Of a stretch of 64,000 bases of DNA, positions 10,299-20,201 are shown in pieces. Where the stretch lies: positions 767-64,766 of the forward strand of contig CAYSXS010000003.1 in NCBI GenBank assembly GCA_964435065.1. Reading direction: 5' to 3'. The stretch comes from an uncultured Gammaproteobacteria bacterium (GTDB taxonomy: Bacteria > Patescibacteriota > Patescibacteriia > UBA2196). Under the pieces are notes generated by a model. That model was not told the origin of the DNA. It worked only from the letters and a program-made list of their open reading frames with translations, and made no database searches. A program made the translations under genes and the position numbers. The first letter of the stretch is position 1, and every line of letters starts with the position of its first letter.

Positions 10299-12995
10299 CT
10301 AAATTCTAACAGCCTTCTCAACCTGTATATCCCCTACATTATTCAATATAATCTTATCCCTTCTAGTAACTTGTTTAGCTAAAATTAGTTTAGCGATTTC
10401 ATTCTCAATTTTATCCTGGATAACCCTACGTAAAGGACGTGCTCCAAAAGCCGGGTCAAATCCAAGTTCAGCTATTTCTGCTACAGCCTGTTCTGTAAAC
10501 ACAAATTCCATACCTTTTTCTGAAAGATTTTTAGCTAAGCCATTTAACATTAAAACTGTAATTTGTTTTACATCATCTGTGGATAAAGGCTTAAACACAA
10601 TTACACCATCAAAACGATTAATTAATTCGGGCTTGAAATGTTTACCTAATTTTGTATCAATTAATTCTTCTTTAATATCCTCTATATCCCTATTCTCTCT
10701 CAAACCTTTCTGAATCAATTCAGAACCAGCATTTGATGTTCCAATTATGATTGTATTAGTAAAATCTATTGTTTCTCCATTTGAATCTGTTAATCTTCCA
10801 TCTTCCATAACTTGTAAGAAAAGATTATGTACTTCAGGATCAGCTTTTTCAAGCTCATCAAGTAAAACTAAAGCAAAAGGTCTTTCTTTGACTTGGTTAG
10901 TTAAATATCCACCACGCATATCTCCTGCCTGCCCAATAAGTTTGGGTAAAGCATCAACAGCTCCATATTCTGACATGTCTAAACGAATCATATTAGATTC
11001 ACCTCCAAAATATATTTGAGATAATGTTTTAGCAACTTCTGTTTTACCAACACCAGTTGGTCCAAGAAACAAGAAAGAAGCAATTGGTCTTTTACCAGTA
11101 CGTAAATTAGCCCTAGCCCTACGTAAAGCTTCTGCAATATATTTTACTCCTTCAACCTGATCAACCACCCTTTTATGCATTTCCTCTTCTAGATTCAATA
11201 GTTTCTGTGATTCAATCTCTGTTACTTTAGTAACAGGAACTTTTGTAATTTTTGAAACAACTTTAGCAACATCTTCTGCATCAACTAATGCTTTTTCTCC
11301 TTTTTCTTGTCGTACAGTTTGTGCAACCTGCTCCAATATTGTAACTGCTTTAGCAGGTAAGTTTAGATTATGTATATATTTAATTGAAAAATCTATTGTT
11401 GCTTCCAAAGCCTGATAAGTAAAATATATCCCATATTTATTCTCAAAAATTGGTGCTTTAGATTCTAGAATCCGAATAGCTTGGTTTCTTTCTGGTTCAA
11501 CAACATCTACTTTAGCTAAAACCCTAGCTAAAGATGTTTGACTTAAATGTTTTTTAAACTTATCTTCGTCTGTAGCTGCAACTAACAAAAAGTATCCTTT
11601 TTGTAATTCACCAGATAACATTTCTGCTAAATCCAAACTTTCAGAAGTTTCTGTTCCCAAACCAACCAAAGAATCAATGTTATCAATAACTAAAATAATA
11701 TTACCTGCTCTTCTAACTTCTTTTAACACAGCCAATAGCCTGGCCTCAATCGCCCCTGGTTTATCAGCTCCTGCAACTAAAGCAGAAACAGACAAACGAA
11801 CCAGTCTTTTATCTTGAAAAACTTTTGGAACTTCTTCAGCAGCCATTAACTCTGCTAGGCTGTCTATAACAAAAGACTTTCCTGTACCTGGTTTACCTAC
11901 CAACATAACACCAGATCTACCAGAATTAAAAAATGAAAAGAGATTTTTTAATTCTTTTTCTTTACCAATAGTTGGTTCTAAATATCCTAATCTAGCATAT
12001 TGAGTTAAATCTTCTGAAAATTGATCTAAAAAAGGAGAAGCTACTGCTGTATATGCTTTATTAACTTGTCCTTTAGGTTTTAGAACAGCCCTTTGTTGTA
12101 AACCACGCCAGCGTTTAGAAATGATGGTTTGAACACGAGACCATTCAACCATATTTTCTAATTTAATATCATCTATTTCTAAATCAAACAAAACTTCCTG
12201 TGCTAAACCCTGTACTTTAGATAAAGCAACTAAAACCTCCTCTACACCAACATATTCCTGTTTTGTATTGTATGCTTCTATATATGCTAGAAGAAATGCT
12301 TTAATTGATTCTTGATCTATACCCTCTCCTCCTTTAACCTGAGAAAAATCCTTTTCCAAACGTTCTTTTAAACTTTTAGTATCAATACCCAAACGGAAAA
12401 AATATGCTCTAATTTTTGATTCTTGCAAAATTGAATGTAAAAGATGAATTGGCCTTAAAGGTTGTTGTAAATCTATTGATTTTAAATATGATTTTTCAAT
12501 CAAACTTAAAGCTTCAAAAGAAAAGGCCTCCGCAATATTAATTTTCTCTAATTTTGATTCTCCCCAAACATCTTGTTCGTCAATATCTGTTTTCTCTTCT
12601 TCTGTTTTATCTATTAATTTTTTAATAACTTTATGCTCTCCTGATTTTTCACTAGACATTCTATAGAAAATATATGTTGCAACTAAAATTACTAACCAAA
12701 ACAAAGAAAGAATAATATGTTGTTTAACAAAAAAATCAAAAAAGTCTCCTCCATCACGAAGATATGTATAAAGGAAATATATTACAACTAAAAATCCTAA
12801 GGTACAGAAAGTAAATAACAAGATATCAATAATCTTCTTAATTGTCTTCCACAATCTTTGATTGTAAATATATGAACGAGAAAGATTTTTTTGCCAAAAC
12901 AAAACCTTATCCATTAAAGGTAGTGAAAATCGTATACCTTTACATACAGGACAGTTATTATCTTTTCCTTCGCAATGTGAACAAGTTATATACAT
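10299..12995 (-). CDS. membrane-anchored Hsp100/Clp-family AAA+ ATPase (two NBDs) with an N-terminal C4 zinc ribbon
   Basis: N-terminal CSHCEGKDNNCPVCKG; two TM helices; Clp-N-like repeats. NBD1 Walker A GKPGTGKS with Walker B LVIDN (Asn in place of the catalytic Glu). NBD2 GPTGVGKTE with LLDELEKA. No long M-domain and no IGF/LGF ClpP-docking loop. Confidence 0.75.
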   Translation of the reverse strand: MYITCSHCEGKDNNCPVCKGIRFSLPLMDKVLFWQKNLSRSYIYNQRLWKTIKKIIDILLFTFCTLGFLVVIYFLYTYLRDGGDFFDFFVKQHIILSLFWLVILVATYIFYRMSSEKSGEHKVIKKLIDKTEEEKTDIDEQDVWGESKLEKINIAEAFSFEALSLIEKSYLKSIDLQQPLRPIHLLHSILQESKIRAYFFRLGIDTKSLKERLEKDFSQVKGGEGIDQESIKAFLLAYIEAYNTKQEYVGVEEVLVALSKVQGLAQEVLFDLEIDDIKLENMVEWSRVQTIISKRWRGLQQRAVLKPKGQVNKAYTAVASPFLDQFSEDLTQYARLGYLEPTIGKEKELKNLFSFFNSGRSGVMLVGKPGTGKSFVIDSLAELMAAEEVPKVFQDKRLVRLSVSALVAGADKPGAIEARLLAVLKEVRRAGNIILVIDNIDSLVGLGTETSESLDLAEMLSGELQKGYFLLVAATDEDKFKKHLSQTSLARVLAKVDVVEPERNQAIRILESKAPIFENKYGIYFTYQALEATIDFSIKYIHNLNLPAKAVTILEQVAQTVRQEKGEKALVDAEDVAKVVSKITKVPVTKVTEIESQKLLNLEEEMHKRVVDQVEGVKYIAEALRRARANLRTGKRPIASFLFLGPTGVGKTEVAKTLSQIYFGGESNMIRLDMSEYGAVDALPKLIGQAGDMRGGYLTNQVKERPFALVLLDELEKADPEVHNLFLQVMEDGRLTDSNGETIDFTNTIIIGTSNAGSELIQKGLRENRDIEDIKEELIDTKLGKHFKPELINRFDGVIVFKPLSTDDVKQITVLMLNGLAKNLSEKGMEFVFTEQAVAEIAELGFDPAFGARPLRRVIQDKIENEIAKLILAKQVTRRDKIILNNVGDIQVEKAVRI

Positions 12996-12998
12996 ATA

Positions 12999-13364
12999 TT
13001 AAAAACTTTGAACCAACATATATATTACAAATATTGGTAGTAGGATATATATTAGGAAGAGAGTAAAATAAAAAGCAAGCCAAAGAAAAAAGGCTGCTGT
13101 TTTATACACTAACATTATTATTCTAATAAAAAAACTAATAAATCTACTCAAAATATCATAAAAACCATACATTGGAACAAATATATTTTTTAACCAAATT
13201 CTTAAAGCCAATCTTCGCTCAACACCCCTCATTTGTTTTAAAAAAACAAAAAACCTTTCCTTTAACCCTACTGTATACCACCATATTGGAAAGTATATTA
13301 AATCGCCCACAATTTTGAGCGAGATAAACTTAAAGGTACTTGTTACGATACTTTCTTTATGCAT
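12999..13364 (-). CDS. hypothetical small membrane protein
   Basis: 121 aa with about 3 TM helices; no recognisable motif. Confidence 0.35.
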   Translation of the reverse strand: MHKESIVTSTFKFISLKIVGDLIYFPIWWYTVGLKERFFVFLKQMRGVERRLALRIWLKNIFVPMYGFYDILSRFISFFIRIIMLVYKTAAFFLWLAFYFTLFLIYILLPIFVIYMLVQSF

Positions 13365-13383
13365 GACTTAATTATATCATAAA

Positions 13384-13434
13384 AACGAATAAAAAATAAA
13401 AAACCACCCAGGTGTCATGGTACTATAGAGTAAC
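13384..13434 (-). terminator. rho-independent terminator (12-bp stem with two G-U pairs plus T-run)
   Basis: Minus strand reads CCATTCAGGTGT-loop-ACACCTGGGTGG followed by TTTTTTTATTTTTT; lies downstream of the small ORF and tgt. Confidence 0.6.
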
Positions 13435-13467
13435 ACCTGAATGGCTGCTTCTTTGATGTGTCATATC

Positions 13468-13623
13468 TCAATCCTCTGCTGTTTCGTTTACAAAAAAGAG
13501 GCCATTTTGAAATTCGACTCGAAAACCCAATTCAATAACAAAAAAATCTACTATTTTTTCGAGTTTTTTCATCCCCCGATAACCTCTATTACACGCACTA
13601 TAAAATAGTTCCGAAAAGAACAT
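13468..13623 (-). CDS. unannotated 51-aa ORF (below the ORF-track size cut-off) with a strong RBS
   Basis: AGGAGG 6 nt upstream of the ATG at 13623; protein MFFSELFYSACNRGYRGMKKLEKIVDFFVIELGFRVEFQNGLFFVNETAED; followed by an intrinsic terminator. Confidence 0.4.
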   Translation of the reverse strand: MFFSELFYSACNRGYRGMKKLEKIVDFFVIELGFRVEFQNGLFFVNETAED

Positions 13624-13660
13624 TTTCTTCCTCCTATTAACAGATTATTAAAAGCACTAT

Positions 13661-14767
13661 CTACAAGTTATTTCTACTTATATTATCTCTTATTCTATTC
13701 ATCAAGTCAAGATAAAACTTAATGTTGTTTAAACTAGCCAATCTTAGAGCTAAGGGCTCTTTAGCCTTAAATAGATGATGTAAGTAGCCTAATGAATATT
13801 CTACTAAATTTTCTTTATTTATACTCTCTGTAGATTCTCTATATTTTGCATTATTAATATTAATAACTTCATAAAACTTACCTGTTAACTTATTGTTCTT
13901 AAATCTATACAATCTACCATGCCTAGCCTCTCTAGTAGGAATCACACAATCAAACATGTCTACACCTTGTTTAACAGATTCAATAATATTTTCTGGTTTT
14001 CCAACACCCATTAAATATCTAGGTAAATCTTCTGAAACTTTAGGAATGGTATATTTTAAAACCTTATACATTAAATCGTTAGACTCACCTACCGCTAAAC
14101 CACCTATGGCCAAACCATCAAAGCCTAAACCTGATAAGAACTTAGCAGATTTTATCCTCAAATCTTTATACACAGATCCTTGAATAATACCAAATAGCAA
14201 ATTTTTGTTTTTTGATTTCTTTTTATGATACTCTAAAGATTTTTCAGCCCACAAATGCGTTAATTCTAAATCTTTTTCTGCTTGTTCTTTAGAACAAGGA
14301 TGTGGAGAACAAACATCTAAAACCATTTTAATGTCAGAATTGATAACATCTTGTATCTCCTGAACTTTTTCAGGAGTAAACATGTGTTTGGACCCATCAA
14401 TAAAAGATTTAAATTCTACACCCTTTTTGGATAATTTACGCAAACTATTCCCTTTTCTTGTTCTTTCAGATAAAGAAAAAACTTGATAACCTCCACTATC
14501 AGTAAGAATAGGTCCATTCCAATTCATAAGACCATGTAAACCTTTAAATTTCTTTAAAACCTTTAATCCTGGTTGTAGATATAGGTGGTAGGTATTAGAT
14601 AATATTATTTGTGAATCCAAATCTAACATATCATTGCCACTTAAAGTTTTAACAGAACCTTTGGTGGCAATGGGCATGAAAAAAGGAGTTTTAATTTTAC
14701 CGTGAATGGTTTCTAGCTCCCCCAACCTGGTCTTAGATTTTTTTGATTTTTTTATTATATTAAACAT
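13661..14767 (-). CDS. tgt: queuine tRNA-ribosyltransferase (tRNA-guanine transglycosylase)
   Basis: LTDSGGYQVFSL catalytic region; C-terminal zinc-site region ...DCVIPTREARHGRLY. Confidence 0.85.
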   Translation of the reverse strand: MFNIIKKSKKSKTRLGELETIHGKIKTPFFMPIATKGSVKTLSGNDMLDLDSQIILSNTYHLYLQPGLKVLKKFKGLHGLMNWNGPILTDSGGYQVFSLSERTRKGNSLRKLSKKGVEFKSFIDGSKHMFTPEKVQEIQDVINSDIKMVLDVCSPHPCSKEQAEKDLELTHLWAEKSLEYHKKKSKNKNLLFGIIQGSVYKDLRIKSAKFLSGLGFDGLAIGGLAVGESNDLMYKVLKYTIPKVSEDLPRYLMGVGKPENIIESVKQGVDMFDCVIPTREARHGRLYRFKNNKLTGKFYEVININNAKYRESTESINKENLVEYSLGYLHHLFKAKEPLALRLASLNNIKFYLDLMNRIRDNISRNNL

Positions 14768-15401
14768 AATTTTTTAAAAAATTTTCAGTTAAAAGCTGTT
14801 TTTCTAAAACTTCATTTAGAAATATCTGCGAATCTTTAAATATTAATTTCAAATCTTTAGAATTAATCTTTTCTTTTAAAAATTCCTCTGTTGGTAGATA
14901 TATTATTTTCTTAATCAAATTAAATTCATTTGAATTCTCTACTTTCTTAAATAACGGACTAAAACCAGACAAAGCCAAAAACTTATATATGTATATTATC
15001 CTTAATATAGATAAATCCGAATTATCTGACTTTGATATTTTATTTAAAAAATTTAAAAGTAATTCAAATATCTTTATATCCTCATGACTATTTTCTGTAG
15101 CTTGTTCAACTATTTCTAAAAAATACATCCCATAAGCTGTTTTAATTACATCGTTCTTTATATCTGAAAAACTGGAGCTAATTACAGCCCCAGTTAGTTT
15201 ATCTAAAGTCTTACCTTTTACCCATTCAATGTCCACCAAACTGATTGGTTCAACGTGCCCAGCCATCTTACTCTTAATTTTCTTTGCTCCTACAGCCTGT
15301 AAAACAATCTTACCGTATTTCTCAGTATATATTGTAATTAGCAAATCATCTTCACGAAAAGTCTTTCGTGATAACACGATAGCTTTATCTTTGTGGTACA
15401 T
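14760..15401 (-). CDS. recO: DNA repair protein RecO (short form)
   Basis: N-terminal OB-fold pattern KAIVLSRKTFREDDLLITIYTEKYGKI..AVGAKK; 8-nt overlap with tgt. Confidence 0.6.
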   Translation of the reverse strand: MYHKDKAIVLSRKTFREDDLLITIYTEKYGKIVLQAVGAKKIKSKMAGHVEPISLVDIEWVKGKTLDKLTGAVISSSFSDIKNDVIKTAYGMYFLEIVEQATENSHEDIKIFELLLNFLNKISKSDNSDLSILRIIYIYKFLALSGFSPLFKKVENSNEFNLIKKIIYLPTEEFLKEKINSKDLKLIFKDSQIFLNEVLEKQLLTENFLKNYV

Positions 15402-15403
15402 AT

Positions 15404-18283
15404 CTATTTTTTATCAATTCCCAATCCAACTTCTATATTATTTACTTTAACTTTTTCTAAATCATCACTCACAGATAATTCATCAGCTAAAGTTTGTTTC
15501 TTTAAATCTTCACCAAACTTTTCAAATACAGCCTTTAGTGTCTCATCTGATGTATTATATTTAATTCCTATCTTATCACCAATAGTTAAACCTGTTTTCT
15601 TACGTAAATTATTAATTGTACGTACTAATTCACGTAAATATCCTTCTTGTTTTAATTCTTCATTAATTTCAGTATCTAGTTCTACAGATAAATCTTCATT
15701 TCCTTCAACACACACTACTTCTTTTACATTAACTTCATCTTTAATTAATTCTAAATACTCATCTTCTAATTTACAATTCTTAACTTCTAATTTCTGTAAA
15801 GGTTGTCTAACTTTTATTCCAAGCTCAGCTCTTTTGGCTAAACCTAATTCTACTACTTTACGAGTTTGCTCCATGTAATCAATAACTTTTTGATCTAAAA
15901 ATTCTTGTTTTGTTTCAGACCATTCCTCTAGATGAACAGATTCTTTTTCACCTTTAAGCTCTTTATATATATGATCAGCAGTAAAAGGCATAACTGGTGC
16001 TATAACCTTAGATAACTCTAATAAAACATACCTTAAAACTTTGAGAACCTGTACATTGTCTTCTGATTTAAATCTATCTCTTGAACGGCGCACATACCAA
16101 GTAGACAATTCATTAATAAATTCACTAACTGGCCTAGATGCTCTAATTAAATCATAATTATCATATGCTTTAGTAACATTGTTTTTTAAATCTTCTGTTT
16201 TAGCTAAAATCCATTTATCTAAAACGTTATCTACTTTATCAATATTAATATCCTCTTCACCTTTTTCAAACATTTTATAGAAAGAAAGTACGTTGTATAG
16301 GATTAATAACACCTTTTTGTATACTTCATCTACACCTTTTTCCGAAAAAGACAAATCATCAGCTTTCATAACTTGAGAAGTGGCTAAATAGTAACGTATA
16401 GCATCAGCTCCATATTTATCAATAACTTCCATTGGATCTGGATAATTATTTAAATGTTTTGACATCTTCTTCCCATCTTCAGCCAAAACCATTCCGTTAA
16501 CTATTACATTCTTGTATGCATGACTATCTTTTAAAGCTGTTGCTAAGACGTGGGTGTAATAAAACCAAGCCCTAGTTTGATCTACTCCCTCAGCAATAAA
16601 CTCAGCAGGGAAATTAGCTTCAAACTTTTCTTTATTTTCAAAAGGATAATGCATCTGTGCATAAGGCATGGATCCTGATTCAAACCAACAATCTAACACA
16701 TCTGGTACACGTTTCATGGTTCCATCACATTTTTCACACTTAAATGTGATTTTATCCATAAAATGTTTATGTAAATCTTCTATTTTCTCTCCACTGATTT
16801 TTTCTAATTCTTCAACACCACCAAAAACTCTTTTTTCTTCACATTTATCACATTGCCAAATTGGAATAACAGAACCCCAAAATCTTTGCCTAGAAATTGA
16901 CCAATCCCTAGCACCTTCTAGCCATTGACCAAACCTACCAACTTTAATATGTGAAGGAACCCAAGAAATATTTTTAGCTGTTTCTAAGGCTCTTGGCTTA
17001 ATATCTGTAACTTTTACAAACAAAGAAGATGTTGCGTAGTTTAACAAAGGACTTTCGCAACGCCAACAACTTGGGTACGAATGAGTAAATGGAATTTCTT
17101 TAAACACCAACTTCTTCTTATCTAAATATTCCAAAACTTTCTTATCAGTCGACATTGGAGCATCTTTTGGCTTAACTTCCATTCCTGCAAAATCTTTTAC
17201 ATCCTCTGTGAGTCTCCCATTTGATTTTACATGTTGAATAAATGGCAGATTTTTTTCCTTTCCTAAATTCATATCATCCTCACCAAAAGCTGGTGCAATA
17301 TGTACTACTCCAGTTCCATCCTCAACTGTTACAAAATCTGCTAAATAAATTTTGTATAAATTTTCTTTGTTCTCTATGTTTTTGTCTAAATAGTAATCAA
17401 ACAAAGAAATATATTTCTTTCCCTCAAGATCTTTGGCTTTAACTGTTTCTAAAATTTTATATTCTTTATTTTCAAAAATATTCTCCAAATTTTGTTTAGC
17501 TAGAATATATTTTTCATTTTCAGATTCAACCTTAACATATTCAATTTCCTCACCTAAAGCTAAAACCACATTTCCAGGTAATGTCCAAGGAGTTGTCGTC
17601 CAAGCTAAAATATATGTACCTGGTTCATCTTCTAATTCAAATTTAAAAATTCCTGATAAATCTTGTACATCTTGATATCCTTCAGTTACTTCATGCTGTG
17701 ATAAGGTTGTTTCACAACGTGGACATATATGCATTGATTTATATCCTTCATAAATCAAACCTTTGTCCCACAATGATTTAAATACCCACCAAATACTTTC
17801 CATATATTCTTTATCCATTGTTTTGTAATCATTATCCATATCTGCCCATCGTCCAAATCTATCAATTACTTTACGCCATTCATCGGCGTACATCATAACT
17901 TTACTGCGACAAGATTCATTAAATTTATCTATTCCAATATCTTCAATGTCTTTTTTACTCTTAGTTTCCATTTCTTGTTCAACAATATTCTCAATTGGAA
18001 GCCCATGAGTATCCCAACCCCATTTTCTATCAACATGAAAACCTTTCATAGTCCAATACCTTGGAACTATGTCTTTCATTAAACTAGCTACTATATTCCC
18101 ATAATGAGGTGTACCTGTGGCAAAAGGAGGTCCATCATAAAAAACATAGTCCCCTTTTGGACTATCTTTTTCCAAAGATTTCTTAAAAATATCCTGGTCT
18201 TGCCAGAATTTTAATATATTTTCCTCTATTTCAGGAATCTTTATCATATATGTTATTTTACAAAAAAAACCTAGTTTTGGCAA
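15404..18283 (-). CDS. ileS: isoleucyl-tRNA synthetase, type 2 (eukaryote-like); the true start is probably the ATG at 18247 (MIKIPEIEEN...)
   Basis: PPFATGTPHYGNI (HIGH-type region) and KMSKHLNNYPDP (type-2 KMSKS); CP1 editing domain present. Confidence 0.9.
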   Translation of the reverse strand: MPKLGFFCKITYMIKIPEIEENILKFWQDQDIFKKSLEKDSPKGDYVFYDGPPFATGTPHYGNIVASLMKDIVPRYWTMKGFHVDRKWGWDTHGLPIENIVEQEMETKSKKDIEDIGIDKFNESCRSKVMMYADEWRKVIDRFGRWADMDNDYKTMDKEYMESIWWVFKSLWDKGLIYEGYKSMHICPRCETTLSQHEVTEGYQDVQDLSGIFKFELEDEPGTYILAWTTTPWTLPGNVVLALGEEIEYVKVESENEKYILAKQNLENIFENKEYKILETVKAKDLEGKKYISLFDYYLDKNIENKENLYKIYLADFVTVEDGTGVVHIAPAFGEDDMNLGKEKNLPFIQHVKSNGRLTEDVKDFAGMEVKPKDAPMSTDKKVLEYLDKKKLVFKEIPFTHSYPSCWRCESPLLNYATSSLFVKVTDIKPRALETAKNISWVPSHIKVGRFGQWLEGARDWSISRQRFWGSVIPIWQCDKCEEKRVFGGVEELEKISGEKIEDLHKHFMDKITFKCEKCDGTMKRVPDVLDCWFESGSMPYAQMHYPFENKEKFEANFPAEFIAEGVDQTRAWFYYTHVLATALKDSHAYKNVIVNGMVLAEDGKKMSKHLNNYPDPMEVIDKYGADAIRYYLATSQVMKADDLSFSEKGVDEVYKKVLLILYNVLSFYKMFEKGEEDINIDKVDNVLDKWILAKTEDLKNNVTKAYDNYDLIRASRPVSEFINELSTWYVRRSRDRFKSEDNVQVLKVLRYVLLELSKVIAPVMPFTADHIYKELKGEKESVHLEEWSETKQEFLDQKVIDYMEQTRKVVELGLAKRAELGIKVRQPLQKLEVKNCKLEDEYLELIKDEVNVKEVVCVEGNEDLSVELDTEINEELKQEGYLRELVRTINNLRKKTGLTIGDKIGIKYNTSDETLKAVFEKFGEDLKKQTLADELSVSDDLEKVKVNNIEVGLGIDKK

Positions 18284-18297
18284 ATTTTAGGAAACAA

Positions 18298-18318
18298 AAA
18301 ACAGCCAAAGCTGTTTTT
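18298..18318 (-). terminator. intrinsic terminator downstream of scpB
   Basis: AAAACAGC-TTTG-GCTGTTTT followed by a T-rich tract on the minus strand. Confidence 0.5.
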
Positions 18319-18329
18319 AACTAAACTTC

Positions 18330-18902
18330 TTATTCATGTACGGCATCAACCATTTTCTTTTCTTTGTCTTCGTCTCTTGAAAGTAAGCTTTCTATTGTTT
18401 CATGGCTAGACAATTTATTATAGTCTGGTAATTGAGATATCTCAGTTAAACCTAAAAATCTTACAAAATCTGGTGTTACATTATATACTGTAGTTTGTAT
18501 TTTTTTATCTAATCTAGCTTCTACTAATCCTCTCATTAAAAGATTACGTAAAATTAAAGAACAGTTAACTCCCCTAATTTGTTCTAACTCCATTTTAGTT
18601 ACTGGTCCCCTATATGCAATAATAGTCAAAGTTTCCAATTGTGGTCTAGTCATTTCTCCAGTTAACTCTTCTTTTAAGAATTTTTCTATGATTTCTGAAG
18701 AATCTTTATCGGTAGCCATCTGCACCTTTCCATCATGTTCAATAATCTTAATTCCTTTTTCACTTTCATTATATTCTCTTTTTAAACTTTCTATAACAGT
18801 TTCAACTTCTGCTTTTTGTCTATTACAAATTTCTGCTAACTTCTTAGAAGTTAGTGGTTTATTAGAGATAAATAGGATAGATTCAATTTGATTCTTTATC
18901 AT
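18330..18902 (-). CDS. scpB: segregation and condensation protein B
   Basis: IESILFISNKPLT winged-helix N-terminus typical of ScpB. Confidence 0.8.
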   Translation of the reverse strand: MIKNQIESILFISNKPLTSKKLAEICNRQKAEVETVIESLKREYNESEKGIKIIEHDGKVQMATDKDSSEIIEKFLKEELTGEMTRPQLETLTIIAYRGPVTKMELEQIRGVNCSLILRNLLMRGLVEARLDKKIQTTVYNVTPDFVRFLGLTEISQLPDYNKLSSHETIESLLSRDEDKEKKMVDAVHE

Positions 18903-19013
18903 AAATTTGCTTAACTATTTATACTTCACTTTTATTTTACCTTAACTAAACTAAAAAAACAATTTATGATATACTTTAGGTGTAAGATTTTATATCAAAA
19001 CCTGTCTTAATAT

Positions 19014-19541
19014 ATGAAGCAAAATAAAGAATTACTTAAAAAAATTAATCAGGGCGATAGTGACGCTTTTGAGCAAGTTTATGATCTTTATATAAAAAAA
19101 ATATATAGATATATTTATTACAAAATCAATTCGCATACGCAAACAGAAGACTTGACTAGTGAAGTATTTTGCCGAAGTTGGCAATATATTTCCCAAGGTA
19201 AAAAAATTGATAATCTCAATGCGTTTATATATAAAATTGCGCATAACCTAGTTGTTGATTTCTATGCTCAAAAAGAAAAAACTCCCATAGAATTAAACCA
19301 AGAATTAAAAGAATCGATTCCTGAAAAGAAAGATTTTACTGAAAAAATAAGTATAAATTTTGAGATAGAGGAAATAAAAAAGGTAATAAAACAACTTCCC
19401 CCTTCATACCAAGAAGTAATCGCTTTACGATATTTAGATGAATTATCTATTTCAGAAATAAGTAAAGCATTAAATAAATCAAAAAATTCGATTTATGTCC
19501 TAATTCACCGCAGTTTAAAAGCTTTAAAAAATATAATATAA
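19014..19541 (+). CDS. ECF (sigma-24 type) RNA polymerase sigma factor
   Basis: Region 2 FEQVYDLYIKKIYRYIYYKI; region 4 LPPSYQEVIALRYLDELSISEISKALNKSKNSIYVLIHRSLKALK. Confidence 0.8.
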   Translation: MKQNKELLKKINQGDSDAFEQVYDLYIKKIYRYIYYKINSHTQTEDLTSEVFCRSWQYISQGKKIDNLNAFIYKIAHNLVVDFYAQKEKTPIELNQELKESIPEKKDFTEKISINFEIEEIKKVIKQLPPSYQEVIALRYLDELSISEISKALNKSKNSIYVLIHRSLKALKNII

Positions 19542-19555
19542 TTAATCAAAAATCT

Positions 19556-20194
19556 ATGCAACAAACAAATCAAACAAACCAAGAAGTTCAGCTTGAACCT
19601 CAACCAAAATCAAGTAAGACATTATTAATTGTCATTATTGCCATTTTAATTACAGCTATTGTAGTTGGCTTAGTAATGTATTTTGTAATGGCTAAAACTA
19701 GCAATAATAAAATCGAACTACAAAAAAAGATAGAATCTCTAGAAAAACAAATTTTATCTCAAAAAGGACAAGGCGAGGGCGGAATCTATAAAAAAGAAAA
19801 TGACGAATCTGATGACTGGCAGATATATCATGATAAAACATATGGATTTAGTTTTGAATATCCCCAAGAATGGCTTACAAATAAAAATGACAATGAAATT
19901 GTTCTACAATCAGCCGACGATAAACAAAGTATTCATATAAAAATCTTATTAAATTATGAGGGTTCCTTGGAAGATTGGAAAAATACACAAGCCAGCTCAG
20001 AGGTTTTAACATCAGAGAAAGATATTTTAGTTGATGGTATTGAGGCAAAATCAATTGAGTATTTTGGAATGCTCCCGTGGTATGGAGCTACTGGTGTAAA
20101 ATATAACGGAAATTTGTATCAAATTATAATTTTTGACAATGGGCTTGATAATATTTACAACCAAATCCTCTCTACTTTAAAATTCACAGACTAA
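19556..20194 (+). CDS. single-pass membrane protein of unknown function, co-transcribed with the ECF sigma factor
   Basis: Short cytoplasmic N-terminus, one TM helix (LLIVIIAILITAIVVGLVMYFV), extracytoplasmic domain; begins 15 nt after the sigma gene. Confidence 0.4.
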   Translation: MQQTNQTNQEVQLEPQPKSSKTLLIVIIAILITAIVVGLVMYFVMAKTSNNKIELQKKIESLEKQILSQKGQGEGGIYKKENDESDDWQIYHDKTYGFSFEYPQEWLTNKNDNEIVLQSADDKQSIHIKILLNYEGSLEDWKNTQASSEVLTSEKDILVDGIEAKSIEYFGMLPWYGATGVKYNGNLYQIIIFDNGLDNIYNQILSTLKFTD

Positions 20195-20201
20195 TTCAAA
20201 T

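Noticed and set aside
13365-13660. The locally GC-richer intergenic stretch with a TTCGAGTC-like motif was considered as a tmRNA/tRNA-like or SRP RNA gene.
   Set aside because: No acceptor-stem/T-arm pairing or CCA end could be built. The region is better explained by a 51-aa ORF with AGGAGG RBS plus a terminator.
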